Positions 11,614-24,357 of a stretch of DNA of 44,342 nucleotides are shown piece after piece. Within the stretch, counting starts at the first letter, position 1, and each line of letters begins with the position of its first letter. The position numbers and the translations under genes were made by a program. Source of the DNA: Octopus bimaculoides (taxonomy: Eukaryota); NCBI RefSeq assembly GCF_001194135.2, contig NC_069001.1, positions 17,873,518 through 17,917,859 on the forward strand, read 5' to 3'. Below the pieces are notes generated by a model that saw only the letters and a list, made by a program, of their open reading frames with translations, made no database searches and was not told the origin of the DNA.

Positions 11614-12252
11614 ATTGTGTGAGTGCACGCGTGGTTGCACAGACGACGATATGGGACCTTATGCATGTATCTGTCTCCATGTATCAGACTGAAGTCGTAT
11701 GGGTGCACGGATGCACATGAATAATTGTACGTCTAATTTAAATATACACATTGATGTGTTTATGTATCTAGGTGAGGACACTTATGGGTGTGTGTATATA
11801 TATATATATGTGAGCATATGTGTGTTTTTGTGTCTGTGTTTGTCCCCCAACACTTGACAACTGGTGCTGGTGTTTACATTCCTTCCCGTCACCTAGCAGT
11901 TCAGCAAAAGAGATTGATAGAATAAGTACTTGGCTTAAAAAATAAATCCTGAGATAAACTTAATTCGACTAAAAGATTCTCAAGGTGATGCCCCAGCATG
12001 GGCACAGTCTGAAATAAGAAAGAGTAAAAGAAAGAAAAGAATATCACCCTCGAGTGACAGTGGGGTGGGAGAAGGTATCACCAAACAGGTGAGCTGGTCT
12101 GAATATTTGCAACACCCATAAGCATACATACACATATATAGATTAATATATGTACATATATGTATTTTAATTACACATATGAGTATTCATGCATCTTTGT
12201 CCGTCTCCCCCTGGCTGTATTTTCATATTTGCGTGCACATATTCTTTCAAAC
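11165..12252. repeat. Dispersed inverted repeat pair: 11165-11263 with 12154-12252, and ~11496-11541 with ~12113-12153
   Basis: gtttgaaagaatatgtg...gatgcatgaatactcgtatgtgtaattaaaatacatatatgt recurs as a reverse complement with scattered substitutions. Confidence 0.85.
11384..11469 (+). ncRNA. Type I hammerhead ribozyme C (PLE pseudo-LTR-like cassette)
   Basis: tttgtgg-CTGAAGA-t-agctttata...tataaagct-t-GAAA-cacatg-TA-ccgcaga. Stem I is 7 bp and stem II is a perfect 9 bp. Stem III ACACATGT is one CpG transition from the palindrome ACACGTGT. The GUA site is after 11462. Confidence 0.75.
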
Positions 12253-15200
12253 CTTGGCATTAAACCAGAAGATGGATTATTAAGTCTATCTCCCAACAAC
12301 ACAGAACATGAAAATACTGAACAAACACAAGGTATCACACCCAACATTTTAACAATTCTGTTAATCTACCACTTAAAACTTGATATTTTATTTACTGACC
12401 CCTGAAAGGAAGAAAGGTAAAGGTGACTTTGGTGGGATTTGAACTGAATGCAGAAAGCTGTGACAGATACCACAAAGTATTTCATCTTTACACTCTTGCA
12501 ATTCAGCCTGTTTCATAGATAACATCAACAATCTCATTAAAACAGCAGCTTTCTCATTAAAACATTCATTACAACCATTTTTTTTTTTAAATCAGTCTTA
12601 CAATGAGAAATTTTGACAACATATAAAATTATCAAAATATCATCACCATCATCATAGTCATCATCACTATTGCTTAACATAAGTTGCTGCTGTTGTTTCT
12701 TTTATATACCACCATCACCCCCCACCCCATCCATCCCTAATCCAGCCAATTTTCTCAATCTTCGACCTTCTCATCTGAAACCCCTTGACATATCTTCAGG
12801 TTTGATCTCAGTACTCAACTCCTTCACATGTTTTTGCTGGGTCCATCTAACACAGATACTGCCCGTCCTCAGTCCTAATGATCCCTTCACTTTTCCCAGC
12901 CACAAAGTGTTATTCATTCACATCACATATAAATATCAGGTCCCCTCTCATCCATTTAATGAGCAATAATTTATCTTATCTTTCACTTCTTTCAGTGATG
13001 CTGGGGCACTGCCTTGAATAATTTTTAATCGAATGAATCAACCCCATTATTCTTTTTTTAAAAAAAATTGGTACTTATTTTATTGATCTCTTATACCAGA
13101 CCAAGTTATAGGAATGTAAACAAACCAACACCAGTTGTCAAGTGGTGGGGGTGAAAGACAAACATCTGAGGAGACACATCTACACCGATGAATATGCCTA
13201 AACCAGATGTTCAGTATCCCACCCATTAGGAATCGATGCTAGATGGGTCAAAACAATTGTAGTGATCAATAAACTTTCTTGTAACTTCCATCTTCCATCT
13301 CTCTCATTAATCAAATACCCAACAAACACTGAGAAAGTGAACTTGCTTTGCTGGTAAACTACCAGGTCTATACTATACAATTTATTAACTAATATATATA
13401 ACAGGTTTCTTTCAGTTTCCGTTTACTAAATCCACTCAAGGCTTTGGTCAGCTCAAGGCTACAGAAGACGCCCAAGGTGCCATGCAGTGTGACTGAACCT
13501 GGAACCATGTGATTAGGAAGAAAGCTTCTTACCACAAAGCCACATCTGTTATAAAATTTAATACATAATCTAGATAACTTCATAAATTATAATTTAATGA
13601 AATATAAATCAAAAAAATCTTAGCAATTCATTTATAATTTAATTATCAAGATACTTTCCATCATAAACATCAATTGTATCACAGTAAGCAATTGCATTTG
13701 TAGTACTAAGTGACTTATGACATTATCTTGTGAAGATATAAACACCTCATTCCCTCATTAAGGCCCTTGACCTCTCCTGAGGCTAACAATGGTTACCCTC
13801 CATTCATCCTTATATGGGATTTCCTCTACAACTGCATCCAACACCATACAGATCTTCTCACTTCAATTCTCTAGGTCACATCATCAAGAGTTCCTTGACC
13901 ATTCCTTCCTTTGAGCATTGAAGCTCAAGGTAGAAGAATACTAACTACTAGCATGGGTAATATCCTTCCTGGTGCCTACAAGCAAAACCAGTGCCAGTTC
14001 ATAGAAGATCAGAAATCATCATCATTATCCTTTAACAGCCATTTTCCATGCTGTTGTGAGCTGGCATTGCCAGGAAGGTGGCTTCGGGGAATCAAATCCC
14101 AAACCCCTCAAATACCAGCTGAGTGCTCTGTATCGTTAAGCAAAACAGCCCTAATGGTAAAAAGGCCCAAGTCGACACCAAGTACAAAAGATACAATCTT
14201 GCTATCTTGGGACTAAGTGAAACCTAGAAATTCCATAAAAAAACAAAACAGATTTTTGACAGGTGGATTAGAGACAAAAAAATAGTTCAGGTAAAATAAC
14301 ATTAAAAAAAAAGCATAAGTACAATATTGATTTTCCAGAACCTTTGGTTCCAAAGCTATTCTGGGTTACTGATTTTTCCAAACCAGGAGTCACTTTGGTC
14401 AACAAATTCCAAATTAAATGAATATTGGTTTCAAATTTTGGCACAAGACCTGCAAGTTCGGTGGGGTGGGATAAATCAATTACATTGACCCCAGTGCTTG
14501 ACTGGTACTTATTTTATCAACCCTGAAATGCTGAAAGACAAAGTTGACCTCAGCAGAATTTGAACTTGGAATGTAAAGACAGACGAAATGCCACTAAGCA
14601 TTTTGCCCAGCATGTTAATGATTCTGCCAGCTCGCTACCTTAAATTAAACAAATACTAAATTTACATAGATAATTAAATGAAATACAGGTACCTGAACAT
14701 TAGTACAAATGACAGAAGTTTATTAATACTGAACTGTGTACTGTATAGTCTATGCAAGGTACAAGTAAACTAATCCAGCAGATGCACAAATTTGAAGTCC
14801 CTGCTCACAAATTAGAATGAATTGTAAAAGATTCTGAACCATCAGTGTCAGGAAAGGTAATTCCTCTTTTCTGCCTCAAATCAATTTGTATTAAAAGTTT
14901 AACTGTAAGTTTGTAATTTGATTTCTAAGACTATATCTTCCAGTTTCTAATATCAAACCAGGATAGGACACCTGGTACAATAACTGACTGATTATCATGA
15001 GAACATAAAATAATATGGTTGTAAATGGCCAAACAAATCATGGTAGTTAATTCAAAGAAATGGTATTTTGCTATGGAATCAATCAAAGAACACTCATAGA
15101 TATACAAGTTTTGTCTCGTTAGATGGTCAGACGATTTTTTTTATTGTCTCAAATTGGTGCAAATAATGTTTTATATCATTTACATTAAAAATTTTAACAG

Positions 15201-15520
15201 TTAATTACATGATTAAGTAGATTTGATTCAAAACAGGTAAAATTAACCTGATCTGAGTAACCGGTTTCAATAAACAGTTTTTATATATATATAATACACA
15301 CACACACACACACACACACANNNNNNNNNNNNNNNNNNNNNNNNNNNNNNNNNNNNNNNNNNNNNNNNNNNNNNNNNNNNNNNNNNNNNNNNNNNNNNNN
15401 NNNNNNNNNNNNNNNNNNNNNNNNNNNNNNNNNNNNNNNNNNNNNNNNNNNNNNNNNNNNNNNNNNNNNNNNNNNNNNNNNNNNNNNNNNNNNNNNNNNN
15501 NNNNNNNNNNNNNNNNNNNN

Positions 15521-15582
<62 letters not shown>

Positions 15583-15994
15583 TACATATATATATATGTA
15601 TATTAGATGAGGATGGACAGTGCCCATGGTGTGCAGGCTCTTCTGGACTTATAAACGCAAAATGGCTGACAACCAACCATACCATCTGCAGCTCGGCATC
15701 TACAGATATAAATAAAAAAATGTGAGCAAGGAAGGAATTATGATTAGGTCGGGAGGGGGGGAGGAAATAAAAGGTTGCAAACTCCACCAAAGGCACCCAA
15801 GGACCATTATTTTACCATTAAAAATGACATGTTTCAATTGGATGTAAAATTTTCAACTGATTGAATAAATAGGCTGAAATGTTAAAATAGCGACAATGTT
15901 TTCGAAAATATAATTCACATGATATGGAAGGAATAAATGACTGAACTATCTTTTCTTTTAGTTTTCTTCTCAAAAAAAAAACTGTAATTGGTCC

Positions 15995-16541
15995 CTATAT
16001 CTGTGAAAATGATGTCCCCGGTAAGGAATCTGCTGACATAGAATGAGACTGTGATTGTAGAATGGAAGTTGAAGGATGTGTTAAAGAAAGAGAGACTGAG
16101 GTTGTGTCAATATTTAAATTCTGACCAGCTGTTGTTACCTCAGAGGACCCACTTTGAGTCCCAACATCACTAGTGACAGAATGTTGAAGTAATGTTGTCG
16201 AACATTCTCTAGTGGTTTGATTCCAGTTCATGAAAGTTCTCTGCTCCTCAGTAATGCGTGATAAAGCAGCTGCTGCACACCTCTGCTGCATATCAGACAA
16301 TGCACTTTGACCAGTGTTGTCAACATCATCTGATTCTAACTGTGGCTCAGAAATTGAAGATGAACTGTCTTCCAAGACAGCTTCGGTCGAAACATCTCGA
16401 AATAGTTGATACAAATCTCCTATAGTTAACATTGTGTCATTGCGGTCAGAAGGAACAAGGAAATTTGTTGCGGATGCTAGCATCAATCTCATACGTTCTT
16501 CAATAGTGGCCTTAATCAGGAATCGGTGCACTTCTGTTGCC
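15995..16541 (-). CDS. SHPRH: SHPRH last coding exon (end of helicase C-terminal domain plus long tail, TAG at 15997-15995)
   Basis: tttag|g gca aca gaa: (M)ATEVHRFLIKATIEERMRLML...MLTIGDLYQLF matches vertebrate SHPRH ..VHRFLIKATIEERM...LTVADLADLF. The phase-2 join with the previous exon is consistent. Confidence 0.93.
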
Positions 16542-17413
16542 CTAAAAAATATAAACAGACAAAAAATAAAAATACCAAACCACAGATTTCTGGTCCAGGT
16601 ATAAAACCCCAAATTTAGTGGCTAGAGATATTGACTGTGTATTTTATTTTATCTATTCTGGAAGGAGGTAAACCATAGTTTCAATTCCCAGATTGGGCAA
16701 TGCATTGTGTTCTTGAGGAAAACCACTTCATTTCATATTGATCCAATCCACTCAGCTGTTACTGAGTAACCTTGCAAGAGACTAACATCCCGTTCGGGGG
16801 AAATGTTGTGATCTTGCTCACTTATATGCCATGGAAACTGGGTAACCAGCCCTATGAGTCCCAGCACTTAAGAAAATAATGTCCATGGTGATGAAGGATG
16901 AAAGGTAAAATTGAACCTCAAGTAAAAGTCAAAAGTGTTAAGGACACTCCACCTGCTGAAGAGGATTGGTCTGTGAGAATCCTGTGGCAGCATCATGCAA
17001 AAAGCACTCATGCCAGTACCATGTAAAAGCATACATGCTGGTGCCATATCAAAAGCACCCAGCATGCTCTGTAAAGTGGTTGACGTTAGGAAGGGTATCC
17101 AGTTGTAGCCAAACCAAGCCAAATCAAACTAGAGCTTGGTGCAACTCCCCAGCTTGCCAGCTCTGGTCCAACTGTCCAACCGAAGCCAGCATGGAAACAG
17201 GAGGGGGGGGATTTAAAAGTGAAAAAATAAAGGGACGTAATGAAATATTACATATCACTTTGGCTACTAATCTACCAATTCTACAAAACAATGCCTTCAT
17301 CTTTAGGATGAAAGGATGTGATGAGGAGATTTGGCTACTGTTTCTAGCATGGCAAGTAACTCCGACACTCAACACACACACTATTGGTTTATGAAATTAC
17401 TTTGTCTACTTAC

Positions 17414-17592
17414 ATTGTTTGACCAATTCTATGAACTCTTCCAATAGCCTGCATCTCTTGGGCTGGGTTAAGTATCGGCTCAGTTAATATAACATATTTG
17501 GCTTCAATTAAGTTTAACCCGTTACAGCCAGTGTGAACTGGCAGCAGAAGAACAGTAACTTCAGGATTATTTTTGAAATTTGTCAGATTGTT
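17414..17592 (-). CDS. SHPRH: SHPRH exon (SNF2 helicase motifs V-VI)
   Basis: cag|NNLTNFKNNPEVTVLLLPVHTGCNGLNLIEAKYVILTEPILNPAQEMQAIGRVHRIGQT at|gtaagt; 179 nt. Confidence 0.95.
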
Positions 17593-17845
17593 CTGAAAGA
17601 AGACAAAAATAGAACAAATTAACACATTTTTATTAATTGACATCTTTGAGATTTTTTCTTTTCTTGACCATAAACAAAAAAAAGATTTTTAAAAAAAACT
17701 AACACACATGGCTGTGTGGTAAGAAGTTTGCTTTGCAACCACATGGTTCCAAGTTCAGTCCTTGGCCAAGTATCTTCTCAGGCCAACCAAAGCCTTGTGA
17801 GTGGATTTCATAAATGGAAACTGAAAGAAGCCCATCATATCATTA

Positions 17846-19655
17846 TCATTGTCATCATCGTTTAACATCCAGTCTCTATGCTGGTATGAGTTGGACAGTC
17901 TGACACTCAGCAGAGGGTGCTGGTTGCATTTTACATGCCACCCGCATGGGTACTGGCACCAGCACCTGTAAAGGACAAGCCTATATGTGTGGGAGACAGT
18001 GATTTTACTTAGCTGGATGTGCCTCATCAAGTACAGCAAATCACCACATCTCCAAGTCTCTAGTCATTTCTTCAGTGAGGCCCAGTGTCTGAAGATCCTT
18101 TCTCACCACATTGTCCCACATCTTCGTGGGGCTACCCCTTCAACAGGTACCCTCTACAATTAAAGCTCAGCACTTTTTTATGCAGCTGTCCTCATCCATA
18201 TTCATCACATGACCAAACCAGTGCAGTCTTCTTTCTTGCACACAACATCTGATGCCGCTTACACACAGTTTTCCTTTTAAATCATTTACACTCTGTCCTG
18301 CATATAAACTAACATTACCCATCCAGCAAAGCATGCTAGCTTCATTTCTTTCAAGCCTTCGCAAGTCCTCTGTAGTGAAGGCCCAAGTTTCACTGCCATG
18401 TAACATAGCTGTACATACACAGGCATCATATAATTTGCTTTTCACTCTGAGGGAGAGGACCCTAGTTACCAAGAAAGGTAGAAGCTCACTGAACTTCACC
18501 TAGCCTATTCTTATCCTAGCAACTACACTTTCAGAACTCCCTCCCCTACTGCTAACTTGGCTCCCTAGGTAACAGAAGCTATCTACTACTTCTAATGATC
18601 CACCTGAGCATTTGAGGGAGTCTATTGTCTGTGCATTTTTAGTGCTTATTGTACTCCCACATCTTCCCCACCATATTCTCCTTTAACCTTCCTTTGATAG
18701 TACTGCATTCTTTATGTGTCCAAAGCTTGCACTGCGTACAATGTATGGAGTTTCTACCAACACCCTTCTTACATATCGAGCAGAGCCATCTCCCAAAAGG
18801 AACTTGTGATTTGTCTGTTTTCCTTCTTACTGACCTTGTTTCCACACCTAAAATTTCTTCTCTAGGCCAGGTGGTGATCCAGCTATAAGAACAAGGTCAC
18901 CAGCATATAAGAGCTCCCAGGGACAGCCAATCATAGATTCCTCTGTTAAGGCCTGGCGGACGAAGATAAACAGGAGGGGGATGAGAACTGAGCCTTGGTG
19001 GACTCCTATCTGAATACTGAATTTATTGCTATACTCGTTGCCAACCTTCATCTTCCTAGCAGCATCCCTGTACATGGCTTGTACCACTCTCACTAACCTC
19101 TCATCTATCCCTAGGTTCCATATTGACCACCATATAAGGGAGGGAGGGACTCTGTCAAAGATTTTTTCCATGTCAACAAAAGTCAAGCACAGAGGTCTAT
19201 TTTTGGCTAAATATTTCTTCTGCAGTTGCCTAACAAGAATATAACATCAGTTGTGCTCCTGCCTGGCACAAATTTGAACTGCATCTCATCTACACTAACT
19301 CCCTTCCTAATTAATTGAGCTATGACCCTTTCTGTGACTTTCATCACCTGATTCAGCAATTTGATGTGTCTGTAATTATTTCTGTCGAAGGCATCACCTT
19401 TGCCTTTGTAGCAGTTGACTAAAATGCTGCTACACCAATCGTTGGGTATGACTCCCTCATGGACAACTTGATTAACTATACAGGTGACTAGGCTATATCC
19501 TACTCTGCCGGATATTTTAAGCATCTCAGCTGATAGGCTGGGAGCTTTCCCTATCTTCATGTCCTTTGTCAATTTGGATAGCTGGTCCCTCAGTTGGGTC
19601 AAAATCTGGCAGACTCTCCTTCTCCCATTCATTCTCTACATTTAGCAGCCTTTGA

Positions 19656-19657
<2 letters not shown>
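17846..19657 (-). mobile_element. RTE-clade LINE, 5'-truncated, decayed
   Basis: RT motifs YKGKGDAFDRNNYR.IKLL, FVDMEKIFDRVP, GVHQGSVL.PLLF, ELLYAGDL; C-terminus KLYDACV.TAMLHGSETW...QERRLHWFGHV; (GAT)n-type 3' tail near 17846. Confidence 0.9.
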
Positions 19658-19699
<42 letters not shown>

Positions 19700-20639
19700 G
19701 TGCGCGCACGTGTGTGTGTGTGAGTTGTAGTGGATTACATCAAACGAGACACCCACATGCTGGTATCTGAAAATACAATACCAGTGAAGTACTGGGGTTT
19801 TGATTTAATGGATTACACACCCCTATCAAATCTGTGACTTGCATTAGTATCAGAAATCAAAATAAAGGACTGAGGGCTAAGACTTCCATGTCAATTATAT
19901 TAAACATTACAAAGCAGCAATTTAAGATGGGAGGTGGGGAACAAAGATTAACACTCATACAGGAGGGGGCTGCAGTATATACTTGAAACTAAAGAAGGCC
20001 CACTAACTGGATTTGAACCATGTACTTCACTGCTTGCCAAACAATTGTTACCAGTAGCACTATAGAGTGACTGCCACTTCCTGTTGGCTTTGATACGACA
20101 AAATGCTAGATGCTCTACACAGTAATAAAACACATGATTATGATGGTGGTGGTGATGCTGCTACAGCAACTGGTGAAGATAACTTCCACCACCACATTGT
20201 TTCTGCACTGTCATTAATGCTGTCGTCAGTGGCACCACCATCATTTAACATCCACCTTCCATGCTGGCATGGGTTGGACAGTTCAACATGAGCTGGCAAG
20301 CCAGAGAACCGCACCAAGTTCCAATGTCTATTTTGTAATGGATTGTAGGGCTGGATACCCTTCCTAACACCAGCCATTTTACACGGCACCTGTACCAAGG
20401 AAATCACCAAGTAACTCACGTGACAAGACCCAGTCCACCCTGCCCCCACCACACCCTCAACTGAGGTGGGGAGTAGTATTGAGAGAGATAGCTTTATGCC
20501 AAGTGTTAAAGTATGATAGAGGGACAGGAGTAGGTGTCTAAATGTAAGGCAGACACATGGCTACCCCAGCTGGAAGAGAACAAGAAGATAGTGGCAAAGA
20601 TGTCAGGGAATGTCGTCAGGTTGCAGCTGAGAGAATATT

Positions 20640-20950
20640 TTCCATTCACTGTTATTCAAGTAGCCATGACAAATGAATACCTTTATGGAGGCTTGCCAAA
20701 AGTTAGCGAGAAGATCAGGCAAAGACAGCTGCAACTATCTGGTCACTGCGTGCGCCACCCTGATCTGGAAGCATCCAAATTAGGCTTGTGGAACCCACTT
20801 CATTGTGATGTAAGAAGAGGAAAATGTTGTCACACTTACATTGACAACTTGATTGCAGACACTGACCTGGAATTTATCCAGGATTTTGATGCATTGATGA
20901 TGGACTGAGAAGTGTGGTGGGTGGACATTGTTGCTGTGGCCGAAGTTGGA
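20640..20950 (+). mobile_element. 3' fragment of a second RTE-like LINE
   Basis: TNEYLYGGLPKVSEKIRQRQLQLSGHCVRHP...LWNP...TYIDNL...LMMD.EVW, a typical RTE C-terminus. Confidence 0.7.
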
Positions 20951-21225
20951 ATCCAGCCATAAAAAAATTTAAAAAGCAGCTATAATTCACAGTTGGACAC
21001 TTGGGACATCTAAGTAATAGAAGTTGTTAATTACTTCTAGCAAGTTTTCTGGAATGTTGAAATATTCCATTTCTTAAGTGCACTTCCTGCTAACTATTCC
21101 TATACATCTTTTGCATGTGTAGTAAAGTCCAGCTTCTCTATCAATTGGCTTAATTACTACAGAGTTAATTACTAACTGAACAGTGAATGTGAAGGAGAAG
21201 ACTTATTTGAATTACTGATACAAAC

Positions 21226-21312
21226 CTGGGACTGTTTCCCTGAAGATAAAGTGGAATATCTAATGCCATTCATGGTCAATGCTTGACCTATTATCTCTAA
21301 AACACTTGACCA
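21226..21312 (-). CDS. SHPRH: SHPRH exon (helicase C-terminal domain, after motif IV)
   Basis: tttcag|WSSVLEIIGQALTMNGIRYSTLSSGKQSQ|gtttg; 87 nt, phase 0/0. Equivalent to vertebrate WQDVLDIISKALTDNNMEFAQISRVKTFQ. Not in the ORF track. Confidence 0.88.
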
Positions 21313-22010
21313 CTGAAATATAACAACAAAATTAATAATTCAAAAGTTTTCAAAAACAGAAACAAACAAACAAAAACCAAAAATGTTATAAAGAAACATA
21401 AAAGGAAAAAATGCAAATAAAAGTTTTAGGAAAATGACTGAGTTAACACCTTAACCCTTTTGCTACCATATTTCTGTTGAAATACTACTGACTTTAATTA
21501 ATTTGAAGAATTCAGTAAAAATTTTGATGGAAAGTTTTAATTTATATCACTTTAAAACAGAGTTTGTCCCATAGATCTAGGGGTAGTCTCATTCAGATTA
21601 TTCTATTAAATTTAATGCTTAATTATTCACAATGTTTTGAATTAATCATGAATTAAACTTGTAGCTTCAAGGTTTTCATAATGTGATTGCTTATTTTTAA
21701 AAGGGTCTTCTACCACAGATACTGGGTCACACAACACTTTGAATAAATCTGAATAAAAGGAAACTGCATAGAAGCTTGACAAATGGACAGGGGACTATAT
21801 ATTTTCTAGGGTACAGACTTAATCCTTTGCTCAGTTTAAGAAGACTACTTGGCCCCTGAATGATCTTAATCAAAATCTACTTTGTTGCAAACATTTGGAC
21901 CAGGTCTCTTGTTTCTCCCTTCCACAAATCTTAAAAGCTCTCAATGAAAATGTCATGGAAACTACCCTGCTTCTTTTGACAATGACTATCCCTAACAAAA
22001 AAATTTATAG

Positions 22011-22176
22011 GTACAGGAGTGGCTGTGTGGTAAGAAGTTTACTTCCCAACTGAAGGGTTCCAGGTTCAGTCCCACTGCACAGCATTTTAGGCAAGTGTCT
22101 TCTACTATAGCCTTGGGCTAACCAAAGCCTTGTGAGTAGATTTGGTTGGTAGACAGAAACTGAAAGAAGCCCATCA
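22011..22176 (+). mobile_element. tRNA-derived SINE with CORE-like domain (other copies ~13400-13545 -, ~17704-17835 +, ~36105-36243 -, ~41475-41650 -, ~43740-43885 -)
   Basis: A/B-box-like head ggctgtgtggtaag...ggttcagtccc followed by a (g)gcaagtgtcttctac CORE-like segment. Multiple copies are in the window. The family name is inferred. Confidence 0.7.
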
Positions 22177-22204
22177 TATACGTATACAAATATATATATT
22201 TATC

Positions 22205-24357
22205 TCGTCATCATCATCATCGTTTAACATCCACTTTCCCTGGCATGGGTTGAATAGTTTGACTGAGGACTGACAAGCCAGGAGGCTGCACCAGGCTCCA
22301 ATCTGGTCTGGCAAGGTTTCTACAGCTGGATGTCCTTCCTAACACCAACCACTCCAAGAGTGTAGTGGCTGTTTTTTATGTGCCACCAGCATGGAGACCA
22401 GTCAGGCAACACTAGCATTGACCACAATCGAATGGTGCTTTTTACGTGCCACCAGTACAGGAGCCAGTCAGGCAGCACTGGCACTGACCACACTCAAATG
22501 GTGCTTTTTACGTGCCACCAGCACAGGTGCCAGTCAGGCAGCACTGGCACTGGCTATGACAATGATTTCCCTTAACTCAACAGGTCTTCTCAAGCACATA
22601 TTGCCTCATGGATTGAAGGGTACTTTTAAATAGGCCAGTTATGCGACACTGGCATCAGCCACAGCTACAATCTCACTTGGCTTGCCGGGTCTTCTCAAGC
22701 ACAGCATATCTTTAAAGGTCTCGGTCACTTGTCATTGCTTGTGAGGCCCAACGTTCAAAGATCATGCTTCACCACTTCATGCCAGGTCTTCCTGGGCTTA
22801 CCTCCATATGCAACACATGACCATACCAACACAGTCGTCTCTCTTTTACACACTACATTTGATGCTTCTTATGTCCAACTTTTCTCTCAGAGCACTTACA
22901 CTCTGTCATGTATACACACTGACATTACACATCCAGCAGAGCATACTAGCTTCATTTCTTTCAAGCCTCCGCATGTCCTCAGCAATCACAGTCCATGTTT
23001 CACTGTCATGTAGCATGGTTGTTTGCACACGTGTCGTACAGTCTACCTTTTACTCTGAGCGAAAGCCCTTTGTTACCAGCAGAAGTAGGAGCTCTCACAA
23101 CTTTTGCCCAGGCTATTCTTATTCTAGCATCTATGCTCTCAGAGCATCCACCCCCGCTACTGCCAAGTACAGAGGTTTATCTTTGGCTAGGAATTTCCCC
23201 TGCAGCTGTCTTACCAGAAATATAGCAGTGGTGCTTCTCCCTGATACAAACCCAAACTGCATCTCGTCTAAACTAACTCTCTCCTAAATTAGTTGGGCTA
23301 TGACTATCTCCTTGACTTTCATCACTTGATACAACAATTTGATACCTCTGTAATTATTCCTATCTAATGCGTCACCTTTACCTTTGTAGCAGTTGACTAT
23401 GGTGCTGCTACACCGGTCATTGGGTATGACTCTTTCATGTATCACCTGATTGACTATGTGGGTGACTACATTGTAGCCAACACTGCCAGCTATTTTAAGC
23501 ATCTTTGCAGTGATTCCTGATGAGCCAGGGGCTTTCTCTGTCTTCATACTCTTAATTGCTTTATCTACCAAGCAACTGTCAATTCAGATAGCTGGTCCCT
23601 CAGTTGGGTTGACATTTGGTAGACTCTCTTTCTCCCATTCATTCTCTTCATTTAGTAATATTACATGGTGGTGTCTCCAAGTCTCTCTCTTTGCCATCTC
23701 ATTAAATGCAAGTGAGCCATCATCCATGCAGACACATTTTTCTCCTATGACATCACGATTCTCTCTCACACACTGTCTTGCAACACGAAGTACTTCAAGT
23801 CTTTGGTCCTCATGTCACAGAACATTGGCAAATTTTTTCTTATCTGCTTCCCCTCTGGCTAAGTAAACCTGTCTCCTAGCTTCCCTTCTGGCGATCTGGT
23901 ACAGTTCCTTGCTACCACCGCTCTTCCAGTCCTTCCATGCCTGTTTCTTTTCCTTAATAGCATTGTCAACTACATTGTTCCACCACCACGTCACCTTAGA
24001 TTGAGGGGTGACTTTGCACCATACACAGATCTGGTCAGTAGCCCTCAACAGGTTGTCCTATCAGGCGGTTTTTAAGCTAGTATGTAGCTTTTAAGCAACT
24101 AACCCTGAATGGGAAAATCTGCAAACAGATCTCTGACTTGTTTTGGAGAATTTGTTGCAATTGCTTCCTCCAGAGTCATTTCCTAATGATGATCATATTT
24201 GACGTTAAAAATCATGTAAAAAACAAATCGACAGAAACAATCGCAGTAATGAAAACATAGGAATCCAAAATTTCAGGATTGCAAGTCTGGATTTGGCTTG
24301 GAAAGTTTTTAATTTACTCATGGAGTCAGCCTGATATATTGGACTACGGCCTCTAGG
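22205..24357 (-). mobile_element. RTE-clade LINE remnant with tandemly repeated 3' region, internally deleted
   Basis: WWWNNVVDNAIKEKKQAWK; KAIKSMKTEKAPGSSGITAKMLK; YKGKGDALDRNNYRGIKLL. The 3' region is shared with the 17846 and 25050 copies. About three 66-bp tandem units lie at 22375-22555. Confidence 0.88.

Noticed and set aside
19998-20072. tRNA-like sequence on the minus strand; one frame also begins GSHS like the missing SHPRH exon
   Set aside because: The stems are broken, so it is a SINE head or pseudo-tRNA. It lies on the wrong side of exon 21226-21312, hits a stop and has no splice sites.
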